The notes beneath the pieces were generated by a model that did not search any database, was not told where the DNA came from, and saw only the letters and a list, made by a program, of their open reading frames with translations. From an uncultured Gemmatimonadota bacterium (GTDB lineage Bacteria > Gemmatimonadota > Gemmatimonadetes > Palauibacterales > Palauibacteraceae), in contig CAJWLK010000011.1 of the NCBI GenBank assembly GCA_913043255.1, positions 11,170-75,169 on the forward strand: 64,000 bases of DNA, in the 5' to 3' direction. The translations under genes and the position numbers were made by a program. Positions 19,101-27,223 of the stretch are shown in pieces; within the stretch, counting starts at the first letter, position 1, and each line of letters opens with the position of its first letter.

Positions 19101-19355
19101 TCTGCCCCAGGGGCTCCGCCGGTAGAGATTGGAGCGTTCTACGACGTCGGTAAAGCGTGGAGTACAGCCGGTGATCCTAATTGCCAAGGCCAGCCATGCA
19201 GCTTCGGAGATCGTGACTGGGTTAGCAGCGCAGGTCTTCTCTTGCGCGCAAATCTTTTCGGGTTTGCTATAGGGGAGATTGACTTTGTTCGCCCCTTCGG
19301 GCGACCTGATAAGAACTGGATGTGGCAGTTCAGTATTAGTGGGCCTGGCTTTTAG
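16191..19355 (+). CDS. Metallopeptidase (HExxH) / PD40 beta-propeller / Omp85-family beta-barrel fusion protein
   Basis: ATG 16191 after GGAGG; signal peptide; HELVH...WFIEGMAEY; repeated P.WSPDG; VRGY motif, GNIELRLPL, C-terminal Phe. Confidence 0.8.
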   Translation: MFRRSLIAGLLGILGASTGPVVESLDAQAGQYFGRNKVVYQSFDWEVLKTEHFDVYYYEVEAEAARSLGRQAERWYARLSRVFDHEFRQRQPIVLYADHSDFEQTNTSGQFIDEGTQGFTEILKRRLVMPMMVSLSETDHLLGHELVHAFQFDITGQGTGGPSLDIPGAMRLPLWFIEGMAEYLSIGPIDPFTTMWMRDALDLEDGFPNIPDLNDPQYFPYRYGHAVWSYLGGTFGDEKIGQILNLAGRTGDPFGSIEMVLEVPINDLSNRWRNETESYFSEARNETQGPDAYGRRVVYEPEGEDGILNLGPAISPDGDEIIYMSERDLFSIEMFLADARTGEVKRRLTKNVVDPHFESLQFVSSAGEWNPDGRHFVVAGVSGGDAVISVLDVLEGGEIAHEVRLNPVGEAYTPTWSPDGTRVAFTGHQNGYTDLYIVDLETEEISRLTADKYADLQPSWSPDGRYLAFTTDRFTTDLELLVAGPYQIALYDLETGDIQALPGFDDQFRNFNPQWSPEGQNLYFVSDHDGISNLYRLDMETRELHLITDLWTGVSGLSSISPAISVAKETGEVAFSVNKGGPFSYEIYVIDDPQVLVGEPAPDMLVQVDASVIPPVERVSLDHPQILQNARLGLVDPITFEDTDYESSLGLDFVSNPTLAFGASDFGTFFAAGASAYWSDLMGNKTLQTLLNINTSFGNMLQGTAALVGYENLSSRWNWAVIGGQVPMVLRQFGYQTGTYQGRQAVEITELRFFEINRQITGIVSYPFNRNSRIEFSGSARQLDFAANIERYGQDFWTGELLYQEQTDLPRCASTEIFFQSCAPQSLLFGTASAALVYDSSIYGGTSPMMGQRFRLEVEPALGSLNFVTMQGDLRRYFRIKPFTLAGRALHIGRWGVDGSDGRLGRMYLGMPQLVRGYQNTSFDARVECQSPAAQTGFFNCPVIEQLIGSRIAVGNIELRLPLIGGIGVISAPGAPPVEIGAFYDVGKAWSTAGDPNCQGQPCSFGDRDWVSSAGLLLRANLFGFAIGEIDFVRPFGRPDKNWMWQFSISGPGF

Positions 19356-19392
19356 TTGAGATATCAGTAGTGGGAACGTAGAAAAGGGCGGT

Positions 19393-19983
19393 CTAAGGGG
19401 TATCTTCTCCCACGGTATCTGATGTCGTCTGCACGCACGCACGCAAGTCGCTTGCCGTGTAAAGAACAATGGTTTCGAGGCCGGTTTTTTCTAGCGCAGC
19501 CCGACCCCCTTCCTCGCGGTCGACCAAGCTGAGTACGCCAAGGACCTTGCCACGGGCATGGTCCACCGCCTCGCACGCCTTAAGTGCTGAACCGCCCGTA
19601 GTGATGACGTCTTCGACGACAATCACACTTGCGCCAGGCTCGAAACAACCCTCGATAAGTCGACCTTCCCCATATTGCTTTGTTTCCTTTCGGACCGAAA
19701 ATGCATGGAGTGGATTGCCCGCGCGCCAGCTTTCTCCTGCGATCGCATAGGCTACGGGGTCGGCACCCATCGTGAGTCCTCCAATTGCGTCCGGCTTCAG
19801 ATTAGTGGCTCGGATCGCATCCAGCCCAACCTCTCCGATGAGCACTTGGCCCTGAGCATGCATCGTTGTAGTTCGACAATCGATGTAATAATCGCTTCGT
19901 TGTCCGGAAGAGAGTGTGAAATCCCCCAGTCGAAATGACCGATCGGCCAGTAACCTGCAGAGATGCTCGTGTGGAGAGCTCAG
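19393..19983 (-). CDS. pyrE: Orotate phosphoribosyltransferase
   Basis: GDFTLSSG.RS.YYID, GGLTMGADP, VRKETK, VVEDVITTGGS PRPP motif. Start placed at a CTG after GGAGG; alternatives are ATG 20040 or 20061. Confidence 0.92.
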   Translation of the reverse strand: MSSPHEHLCRLLADRSFRLGDFTLSSGQRSDYYIDCRTTTMHAQGQVLIGEVGLDAIRATNLKPDAIGGLTMGADPVAYAIAGESWRAGNPLHAFSVRKETKQYGEGRLIEGCFEPGASVIVVEDVITTGGSALKACEAVDHARGKVLGVLSLVDREEGGRAALEKTGLETIVLYTASDLRACVQTTSDTVGEDTP

Positions 19984-20011
19984 TGGAACCTCCCTGTAGA
20001 ATTTAGTTAAG

Positions 20012-20500
20012 TTAACGCAGTGCCTCGCTGGATCTCTCATCGCATTGAGCACAAAGTCCATAGAGTTTGAATTGTCTCGTCAGAACGCGAAACCCTTGCT
20101 GTTTAGCCACTTCGGATTGCACGCGATCCAAGTCATCACGTTGGAACTCTTCGACCACACCACACAACGTACAAATGAGGTGATCATGGCGTGCAGGTCC
20201 GATGCGTGTCTCATATCGCTTGAAGCCTTCCTCAAAGTCGTGTTCACTAGCGAGCCCGACCTCAACCAGTAGACCTAGTGTTCGATAGACCGTGGCTTTC
20301 CCTACATGTGAACCCTCATCTCGTAGACGTTCGATGATCTCGTCGGCCGATAATAGTTGGCCGGAAGCAAAGAGTGTTCGTGCTACTATTTCACGCTGGT
20401 TTGTGATTGGGAGTTGGTGTTTCTGAAGCGCAGCCCGGAAAAGGCTAAGCGTTATGGCAGCACACCCAAGGGGCGGTCGGCGCGTGACGACATCGGTCAT
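20012..20500 (-). CDS. Fur-family transcriptional regulator
   Basis: TNQREIV, LSADEI, KATVYRTL, HDHLICTLCG and CAQC; probable start ATG 20500 (track starts at 20647). Confidence 0.9.
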   Translation of the reverse strand: MTDVVTRRPPLGCAAITLSLFRAALQKHQLPITNQREIVARTLFASGQLLSADEIIERLRDEGSHVGKATVYRTLGLLVEVGLASEHDFEEGFKRYETRIGPARHDHLICTLCGVVEEFQRDDLDRVQSEVAKQQGFRVLTRQFKLYGLCAQCDERSSEALR

Positions 20501-20777
20501 TTTGTCTAGGGGTAAAATGTTGAATCGAGGGTCCGGAGACCCAGTCTCATGTTGTTGAGAAGATAAAGATGTCATGCGGTCTGGCAACTCGTTCCCCAGC
20601 ACTACTTCATCTGCTACTTTTAAGTGGGCTGAATCAGCCTTGGTCACGAAACGAAATATAGCTTGAACTTGTATCCCGCTGACCAGGGAGGGACCACGGG
20701 TAGGTTATGATTGGTGGTCTGGAGAGCGGCGTTCGCAGCATTTTTTCTTTGTTGTTAACCGTATATGGCTTGAGAAG

Positions 20778-21266
20778 ATGAAAAACATACGAGAATGGGT
20801 GTTAGGGTTCGTCACAACTGGTTTGTTGGCGTGTGGATCAGTGGACACAGGGATCCGCGATACTGGTTTGGACAGACAGGATCCCGCTGTGGTGGAAGAG
20901 ACGGGCGCGTCGCTGGATATTCGCGTTCCAATTCGGGTGGCGGGTATCCAGATCCAGGTAGAGATTGCGGATGAGCCGGAGGAACACTCACGTGGACTGA
21001 TGTTTCGCGAGTCGATGGAGGAAAACCATGGTATGCTTTTCGTCTACACGACCGAGCAAACGCGAGGGTTCTGGATGAAGAACACGCTAATTCCTCTTGA
21101 TATTGCATACGCAGATCGGGAAGGGCGAATTGTCGACATCCAGCAAATGGAGCCACAGGTCACTGACACACATATGTCGAAGGCACCTATGACATACGCC
21201 CTCGAAATGAACCAGGGTTGGTTTGAAGCTAACGGTGTTCGTGTCGGCGATCGGATTGAGTTCTAG
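20778..21266 (+). CDS. DUF192-family lipoprotein
   Basis: Lipobox LLAC; VEIAD...RGLMFR...GMLFV...FWMKNTLIPLDIAY...ALEMNQG. Confidence 0.88.
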   Translation: MKNIREWVLGFVTTGLLACGSVDTGIRDTGLDRQDPAVVEETGASLDIRVPIRVAGIQIQVEIADEPEEHSRGLMFRESMEENHGMLFVYTTEQTRGFWMKNTLIPLDIAYADREGRIVDIQQMEPQVTDTHMSKAPMTYALEMNQGWFEANGVRVGDRIEF

Positions 21267-21324
21267 GCGACAGAGTAAACCCGATGCCTTCACACCTACA
21301 CCCACGTACTAGGAGAAACCTCGA

Positions 21325-22725
21325 GTGACCGGAAATCACCGGATCGAGAAAGATTCGATGGGTGAGATGCACATTCCATCGAATTGTCTGTATGGTGCCC
21401 AGACGGAACGAGCTAGGCGAAATTTCCCTATCTCAAACCTGCAGTTCGGCCGCGGGTTCATTCAAGCGTTGGGAGCGATAAAGCTCGCCGCTTCGAAAGT
21501 GAATCAAGAGCTTGGTCTCCTTGATCACGAAATTGGAGCTGTAATTGAGCAAGCAGCTGAGGAAGCGATGGTCGGCGACCTCGATGAGCATTTCGTATTA
21601 GACATCTTTCAAACTGGATCCGGCACCTCAACGAACATGAATGCGAATGAGGTGATAGCGAATCGGGCAATCCAACTCGTGGGTGGTGAAGTAGGGTCTC
21701 GTATTCCCGTGCATCCCAATGACCACGTAAACATGGGTCAGTCGTCCAACGATGTGATTCCAACGGCGTTGCATGTGTCGGCACTAGTAGCCATTGAACG
21801 AGAACTCCTGCCAGCACTCTGTGTGCTTCACGATGCACTGACTGATAAAGCTGAAGAGTTTGATGACGTGGTTAAGGCTGCCCGGACACACCTGCAGGAT
21901 GCAACGCCTATTCGGCTGGGTCAGGAGTTCGGAGGATATGCGAGCCAGGTCGCGAATGGTATCCGCCGTGTGAAGTCTACTCGCGAATCGCTTTCCGAAC
22001 TCGCGATTGGCGGCACCGCTGTCGGCACCGGTATAAACACGCACGCCGAATTTGGCAGTCGTGTTGCGAGAGTCTTGAGTGAACTTTTTGATATAGACTT
22101 CAAAGAAGCCTCTGATCACTTTGAAGCACAGAGTGCACGCGACGCAGTGGTAGAAGCCAGTGGATCCCTCCGCACCGTGGCGGTCAGCCTCATGAAGATT
22201 GCGAACGATCTCCGTTGGCTCTCTTCGGGCCCACGTACTGGGCTGGGGGAGATCGCACTGCCGGCAGTCCAACCCGGATCTTCCATCATGCCGGGGAAGG
22301 TGAACCCGGTCATGGCTGAATCGCTGTGTCAGGTGTGCGCCCAAGTGATTGGTAACGACGCGGCCATTGTCATCGGCGGACAGTCCGGGAGCCTGGAACT
22401 CAATGTCATGATCCCCGTCATGGCCCATAATCTCTTGGAAAGCATCCAGATCCTATCCACGGTATGCAGTGAGTTCACTGACCGGTGTGTTTGCGGAATA
22501 ACGGCAGATGAGGAACGAGCGCGCCACAACGCCGAAGCAACAGCCGCCCTCGCCACCGCGTTGGCTCCTGTGATTGGTTACGATAAAGCAGCCGAACTTG
22601 CCAAGCGTTCGCTTAAAGAAAACCGAACACTGCGTGAGCTAGTCGTGGAGGAGGATCTCGTCGACAAGGATGAGATTGATCGCATCCTTGATTTCAGAGC
22701 GATGACCGAACCTGGCACCACTTAG
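21325..22725 (+). CDS. fumC: Class II fumarate hydratase
   Basis: RIEKDSMG, QTGSGTSTNMN (FumC type rather than AspA GGAGTS), HPNDHVN, RTHLQDATP, GSSIMPGKVNP. Confidence 0.92.
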   Translation: MTGNHRIEKDSMGEMHIPSNCLYGAQTERARRNFPISNLQFGRGFIQALGAIKLAASKVNQELGLLDHEIGAVIEQAAEEAMVGDLDEHFVLDIFQTGSGTSTNMNANEVIANRAIQLVGGEVGSRIPVHPNDHVNMGQSSNDVIPTALHVSALVAIERELLPALCVLHDALTDKAEEFDDVVKAARTHLQDATPIRLGQEFGGYASQVANGIRRVKSTRESLSELAIGGTAVGTGINTHAEFGSRVARVLSELFDIDFKEASDHFEAQSARDAVVEASGSLRTVAVSLMKIANDLRWLSSGPRTGLGEIALPAVQPGSSIMPGKVNPVMAESLCQVCAQVIGNDAAIVIGGQSGSLELNVMIPVMAHNLLESIQILSTVCSEFTDRCVCGITADEERARHNAEATAALATALAPVIGYDKAAELAKRSLKENRTLRELVVEEDLVDKDEIDRILDFRAMTEPGTT

Positions 22726-22770
22726 GGCTTATAAATCAGCGTCAGACAAGGGTTAGCATTCTTTTGCGTG

Positions 22771-23679
22771 TTATGGTGTGAGGTTATCGGGCAGAAGTCG
22801 GTTCACGGTGAAAGTAGCTAGTCGGTACACTTCAGAACCGGCAGTGTGTCGGACGAGCCAGTCTCCTTGTTCTTCATCTTCAATCAAGAGGAGAGACAGC
22901 GCTGGGGTTTCTTCGGTCGCATAGAACACGTCTACTGCTGCCTGTGCTTGAGAAAAATCCGCTGCTTCCGCTTCCTCTTCCGACGTGAACGCAGTTAACG
23001 ATAAGTTTGGCAGCAGCCCGAGGATCCCTTGTAGGGCTGTACTGTCTACCACCGCCGCATCAGTAGTCCAGCCTGAATCACCGCGATGGAGGACGGTCTC
23101 TGTCCCCGCTCTTTGTAGAACGATTTGTTGCGTCTGAGCGGTATCAATCGCTGCGATCGTTCGCGGCCGCCAACCATCTCGTTCGCGATTCAGGTAGCCA
23201 CAGACTGGGCTGTCTAACCGAAATACGGCGTCCATGTCTGGGATTCGGACAAAATATCCCGCCCCCCTGATGTCGCGGTTCCCGAGGTAAAACTCTAGAG
23301 GCCCAGGACCATCTGTGTATACCGAAATACGGCGTCCAGATTCGGATACCCCCATCCTGGTATGATTCGTGGGGTTGCGCGCGACCAAAACGTCTGAAGA
23401 TAGGTTGGGCAGAACTTCGAGCAGGTTTTCCATCTTCGTCTCATCCGCTCGGTAACCATCAACAGTCCAACCATTCGACCCGTGTTCTAGTCGGATCGTA
23501 CCTGCATTGTCGGGCTCGATGATATCGATTCGTGTTACGGCGTTTTCAAGCATGAATCGAAATCCACCTTCAACATCGATCGAACCGCCACTTCCATCAT
23601 CCCTGAAGATCCGTGGCAAATACAAAAGCACTGCGGCGCCAAGCACAATTGCGATCAGCTTAAGCTGTTTATTGTTCAT
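22771..23679 (-). CDS. DUF4340-family membrane-anchored periplasmic protein
   Basis: N-terminal TM; two similar halves (L...GW.VD..AD); 4-nt overlap with the upstream permease gene. Confidence 0.75.
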   Translation of the reverse strand: MNNKQLKLIAIVLGAAVLLYLPRIFRDDGSGGSIDVEGGFRFMLENAVTRIDIIEPDNAGTIRLEHGSNGWTVDGYRADETKMENLLEVLPNLSSDVLVARNPTNHTRMGVSESGRRISVYTDGPGPLEFYLGNRDIRGAGYFVRIPDMDAVFRLDSPVCGYLNRERDGWRPRTIAAIDTAQTQQIVLQRAGTETVLHRGDSGWTTDAAVVDSTALQGILGLLPNLSLTAFTSEEEAEAADFSQAQAAVDVFYATEETPALSLLLIEDEEQGDWLVRHTAGSEVYRLATFTVNRLLPDNLTP

Positions 23680-25913
23680 AGCAGTGCTCCACCCGCTTCG
23701 AAGTCATGCTGCTGGATACGACGACGGCGTGCAACGCGCATGATCCCGAATAAAATGAATAGTAATGGAACTCCCACCATGTTCCCGTACCGGGCGACGT
23801 CGCTAAGCACGTCACTCTCGAACACAAGTTGTGGTGGAGCTCGGTCCTTGGAGCGTATGGTGATCAGCGCTTCGTCCTGTGCCAACCAGTCGATGGCGTT
23901 TTGGAAGAAGATCATTCCAGAACGACCGAACTGTGAGCTCTGAAGGAGTTCGTCCTGAATGAATGCTGGTGATCCCACCAGGACAATCCGTCCGGAACCG
24001 GGTTCATTGTAGGCCACCGCGAGAGTCTCGGCTTGGAGATCCTCGGGTTGGATCACCGCGTCCCAATTCTGCGTTGGATCGATCGAGACAGGTGTCTGCA
24101 GGCGGCCTGCAATATCGGTCGTCGTGAGAAGTGGTGTCACCCACGTACTGTCTTCGACTTCGATTTGAATCGGGCTGGTCCAACGAAGAGGTACACTCCT
24201 GATGCCGTTTACAATGGCGTGTTCTGCCGCGGGTTGTCCCAGTGGCCACAAAGGGTAAGGGTAAAACACAGTTCCAAAGTTGGAAGGAGCAGGAACTTGT
24301 TCGCTCGATTCAATATCAAAGACCGCCGACGGAACTACACCTAGCCCTTTGCTTTCGAGCAGGGCATCGAGTGTTGGGTGAAAAGCTGGTCCACTGTATA
24401 GCGATTGGAAATCTACCTGTATTCCCGAAATCATGATCATTAGGCTGCCGCCTTGGTCGAGAAACTCCCCCAAAAGCTGTCCTTCGTGAGGGTCGAGTGG
24501 CGTCGTGTTGCCTGCGATCACAACCACGTCAAGTGAATCAGGCACAGAGATCTTCGTCGAGTCTAGAGTGAACGTCTCAATCTTGTATTCTTCACCCAGC
24601 ATTCCTGACGCCAACTGCATCTGATTACTTGCATTGAACTCGCCATGACCTTCCAGCATACCGATGATGGAGCGGTCGGGCCGAGTCATGGATCGGATCA
24701 TCGAAGCTAGTCGGTACTCCAGATCGTTCGTTTGGCGAACGAGCGGTATAATTTCGCTCTCGCCGGCGAATTGGATTGCCAGACCAAAATAGCCCTCACG
24801 AATCGACATCTCACCCTGTCCGATTACGTTGAACTGGGCTGCATTGATGCCCAAACGTGACGCCTCTTCCTGTGCATCTAAATCTTCGTCCGGGTCAAGC
24901 CTCACGAGGTTGATGTTCCCACCTCCGGCCGCGTCGAAATCTCGTAAGAGATCATCGACGCCCCGGCTTACGGGGGTCCACGCCGGAGGGAGTTCAGCCG
25001 ACTGAAAGAGTTTAATGGTTACGAGGTCGTCTAAATCCTGGAGAAGTTCACCCGTTGGTTTGGATAGGGTGTAAAGTTTCCCAGGCGTGAGGTCTAGTCG
25101 TCCCCTCAGCTGACCTCCCGCAAGAGCGGCGAAGATGGAGATGCCGACGAGTCCCAATACCCCAAGCTTAAGGCGGCGGTATGACTCACGCTCGCGACTC
25201 AGACGCTCGCGCATCACAGAGAAATATGTGAGCGACATGAAGGCTGCCGTTACAGCGGCAAAGTAGAGTATGTCTCGGAGATCGATAACTCCACGTGCAA
25301 CGTTCTCGAAGTGTCCTAAGATGCCAAGTCGCGTTGCGATTACTGCCAGGAAGCTCGGTAGTGTTAAGACTACCGATGGAAGCCCTATCATGTAGAGCAC
25401 GAACGAGATTGTGACCCCCAAGATGAATGCGGTCACTTGATTGCGGGTTAGAGCAGAGGCAAAGAGCCCCACCGATATCATTGCTGCAATCAGGAAAGCA
25501 GAGCCCAGGTATTGCGATAAGATGACGCCAACCTGGAGGTCTGCACCCCACGAGAGCCCAACGGGAATACCCAATGTTCCTGCCATGGCGATGAGGAGGA
25601 ACAGGTAAACACCCACGAATTTACCGATCAAGAATTCTAACACTTCCACAGGTTGTGCCAGGACCAGTTCTAGTGTTCCTGCCTCCCTCTCTTCAGCCAG
25701 TGAGCGCATGCACACCGCAGGAATGAAAAAGAGAAATAGCCAAGGGAGAAGGCCCAACATGGGTCGCAGGGAAGCCTCGTTTAGTAAGAAGGCATCCCGG
25801 AAAAAGAAGAAGAAGTTGATGACCAGAAATATGACAAGCAGGATATAAGCAGTGGCGTGATTGAAGTAACTGCCTAACTCACGGCACGCGATTGACCAGA
25901 TACGAGCTTTCAT
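23676..25913 (-). CDS. Fused GldF-like ABC permease and GldG-like auxiliary domain
   Basis: RELGSYFN, IPAVCMRSLAEEREAGTLELVL, GVIDLRD; then RLDLTPGKLYTLS, GHGE, NAIDWL...LITIRSK. Confidence 0.85.
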   Translation of the reverse strand: MKARIWSIACRELGSYFNHATAYILLVIFLVINFFFFFRDAFLLNEASLRPMLGLLPWLFLFFIPAVCMRSLAEEREAGTLELVLAQPVEVLEFLIGKFVGVYLFLLIAMAGTLGIPVGLSWGADLQVGVILSQYLGSAFLIAAMISVGLFASALTRNQVTAFILGVTISFVLYMIGLPSVVLTLPSFLAVIATRLGILGHFENVARGVIDLRDILYFAAVTAAFMSLTYFSVMRERLSRERESYRRLKLGVLGLVGISIFAALAGGQLRGRLDLTPGKLYTLSKPTGELLQDLDDLVTIKLFQSAELPPAWTPVSRGVDDLLRDFDAAGGGNINLVRLDPDEDLDAQEEASRLGINAAQFNVIGQGEMSIREGYFGLAIQFAGESEIIPLVRQTNDLEYRLASMIRSMTRPDRSIIGMLEGHGEFNASNQMQLASGMLGEEYKIETFTLDSTKISVPDSLDVVVIAGNTTPLDPHEGQLLGEFLDQGGSLMIMISGIQVDFQSLYSGPAFHPTLDALLESKGLGVVPSAVFDIESSEQVPAPSNFGTVFYPYPLWPLGQPAAEHAIVNGIRSVPLRWTSPIQIEVEDSTWVTPLLTTTDIAGRLQTPVSIDPTQNWDAVIQPEDLQAETLAVAYNEPGSGRIVLVGSPAFIQDELLQSSQFGRSGMIFFQNAIDWLAQDEALITIRSKDRAPPQLVFESDVLSDVARYGNMVGVPLLFILFGIMRVARRRRIQQHDFEAGGALL

Positions 25914-26920
25914 CGTTCTGCCCCCACGGGTTTCGATTCCGTGTCCTCCGTTTCTTCGCTTGAATCATCGGGCTGCCCGTCTTCTGCCGAGCTAGCGGTA
26001 AGCTCTCGGAACAGATCTTCCAGGCTCGCCTGTTCCAGGTGTAGTTCCCAAAGTGGCCAGCCTTGCGCGGCGGCCAGCGAAGCTATGTCAGGTCTAGGGT
26101 CTGTACCACTTGCACCCTGCACTACGAACCGCGACCGGTTGGTCGTACTAGGCGATGATTTGACGCTGCTAACCGATGGGACAGACTCGAGTGCGTTCTG
26201 TACCTCTTGTTCCAGACCATCCAACTCAACTATCACGCGAGCACCACCATGTCCTTCAACTAACGAATCAACGGCACCGTCGGCTACAATTTTACCCTCA
26301 CTGATGATGACAACCCGAGAGCATGTATGCTGCACTTCTTGCATGACATGTGTACTGAGTAGGACGGTTCGTTCTGAGCCTAGGTGTGTAATCAGACTGC
26401 GGATTTCGACTCGTTGGTTTGGGTCGAGTCCTTCAGTTGGTTCATCGAGGATTAAGATCTCCGGTTCAGATAAGATTGCTTGTGCTAGTCCGACCCGCTG
26501 ACGGTATCCCTTGGACAATTGGCTGATCGGTCGATAATAGACGTCTTCGATGCCCGTGCTAGATACAACGGAATCAGTGCGCGATCGGATTTCCTCTGCG
26601 CCCATTCCACGGAGGCGACCCATAAACGTGATGTATTCTCCCGCCAGCATGTCCCGATACAACGGATTGGTTTCGGGCAGGTATCCGATTCTTTTCCGGA
26701 TTTCCGCGGGGTGTTCTGAAATTGATAGGCCATCAATGTTGATTGTTCCCGCGTCAGGCTCGAGATATTGGGTAAGAAGTCGCATAGTCGTGGTTTTTCC
26801 CGCTCCGTTTGGACCGAGGAAACCAACAACCTCACCACGATCGATTGAAAAGCTTACCTCATCCACAGCACGCGTTTCTCCGAATGTCTTCACGACATCG
26901 GTTAGTGCTACGAGTGACAT
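25910..26920 (-). CDS. ABC transporter ATP-binding protein (GldA-like)
   Basis: GPNGAGKTT, LSKGYRQR, ILDEPTEGLDP, STH motifs. Confidence 0.92.
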   Translation of the reverse strand: MSLVALTDVVKTFGETRAVDEVSFSIDRGEVVGFLGPNGAGKTTTMRLLTQYLEPDAGTINIDGLSISEHPAEIRKRIGYLPETNPLYRDMLAGEYITFMGRLRGMGAEEIRSRTDSVVSSTGIEDVYYRPISQLSKGYRQRVGLAQAILSEPEILILDEPTEGLDPNQRVEIRSLITHLGSERTVLLSTHVMQEVQHTCSRVVIISEGKIVADGAVDSLVEGHGGARVIVELDGLEQEVQNALESVPSVSSVKSSPSTTNRSRFVVQGASGTDPRPDIASLAAAQGWPLWELHLEQASLEDLFRELTASSAEDGQPDDSSEETEDTESKPVGAER

Positions 26921-27223
26921 AGATTCTCGCCAGTTGAGGTGTTCATTCGCTCCCGCGAAGTCATCAAAAAACCTCCCCAGTTAAACATGTTCTTGTCCCG
27001 AACCTTTGTACAAAAGAGTATAGAATATGACCGCGAAATTAGGAACTCTCAGCGACGAGTCAAGATTTTTCGGAACAGAGCACAGCTCAAAATGCTACTT
27101 TTCTTTAATATGGGTTTCTGTATCACATGGAGTTGGTAACTACATGGGTAGGGGGAGTATTGCCTGATCTTTACCTTGTGAGCGCTGTTGGCGGGCTCTG
27201 GGAGCTCCGATTTGATTTGAGTA

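Noticed and set aside
21784..22428. 214-aa minus-strand ORF
   Set aside because: Antisense shadow of fumC.
22771..26920. Evidence for gliding motility
   Set aside because: GldAFG-like ABC systems occur without gliding, and no motor or T9SS genes are in the window.
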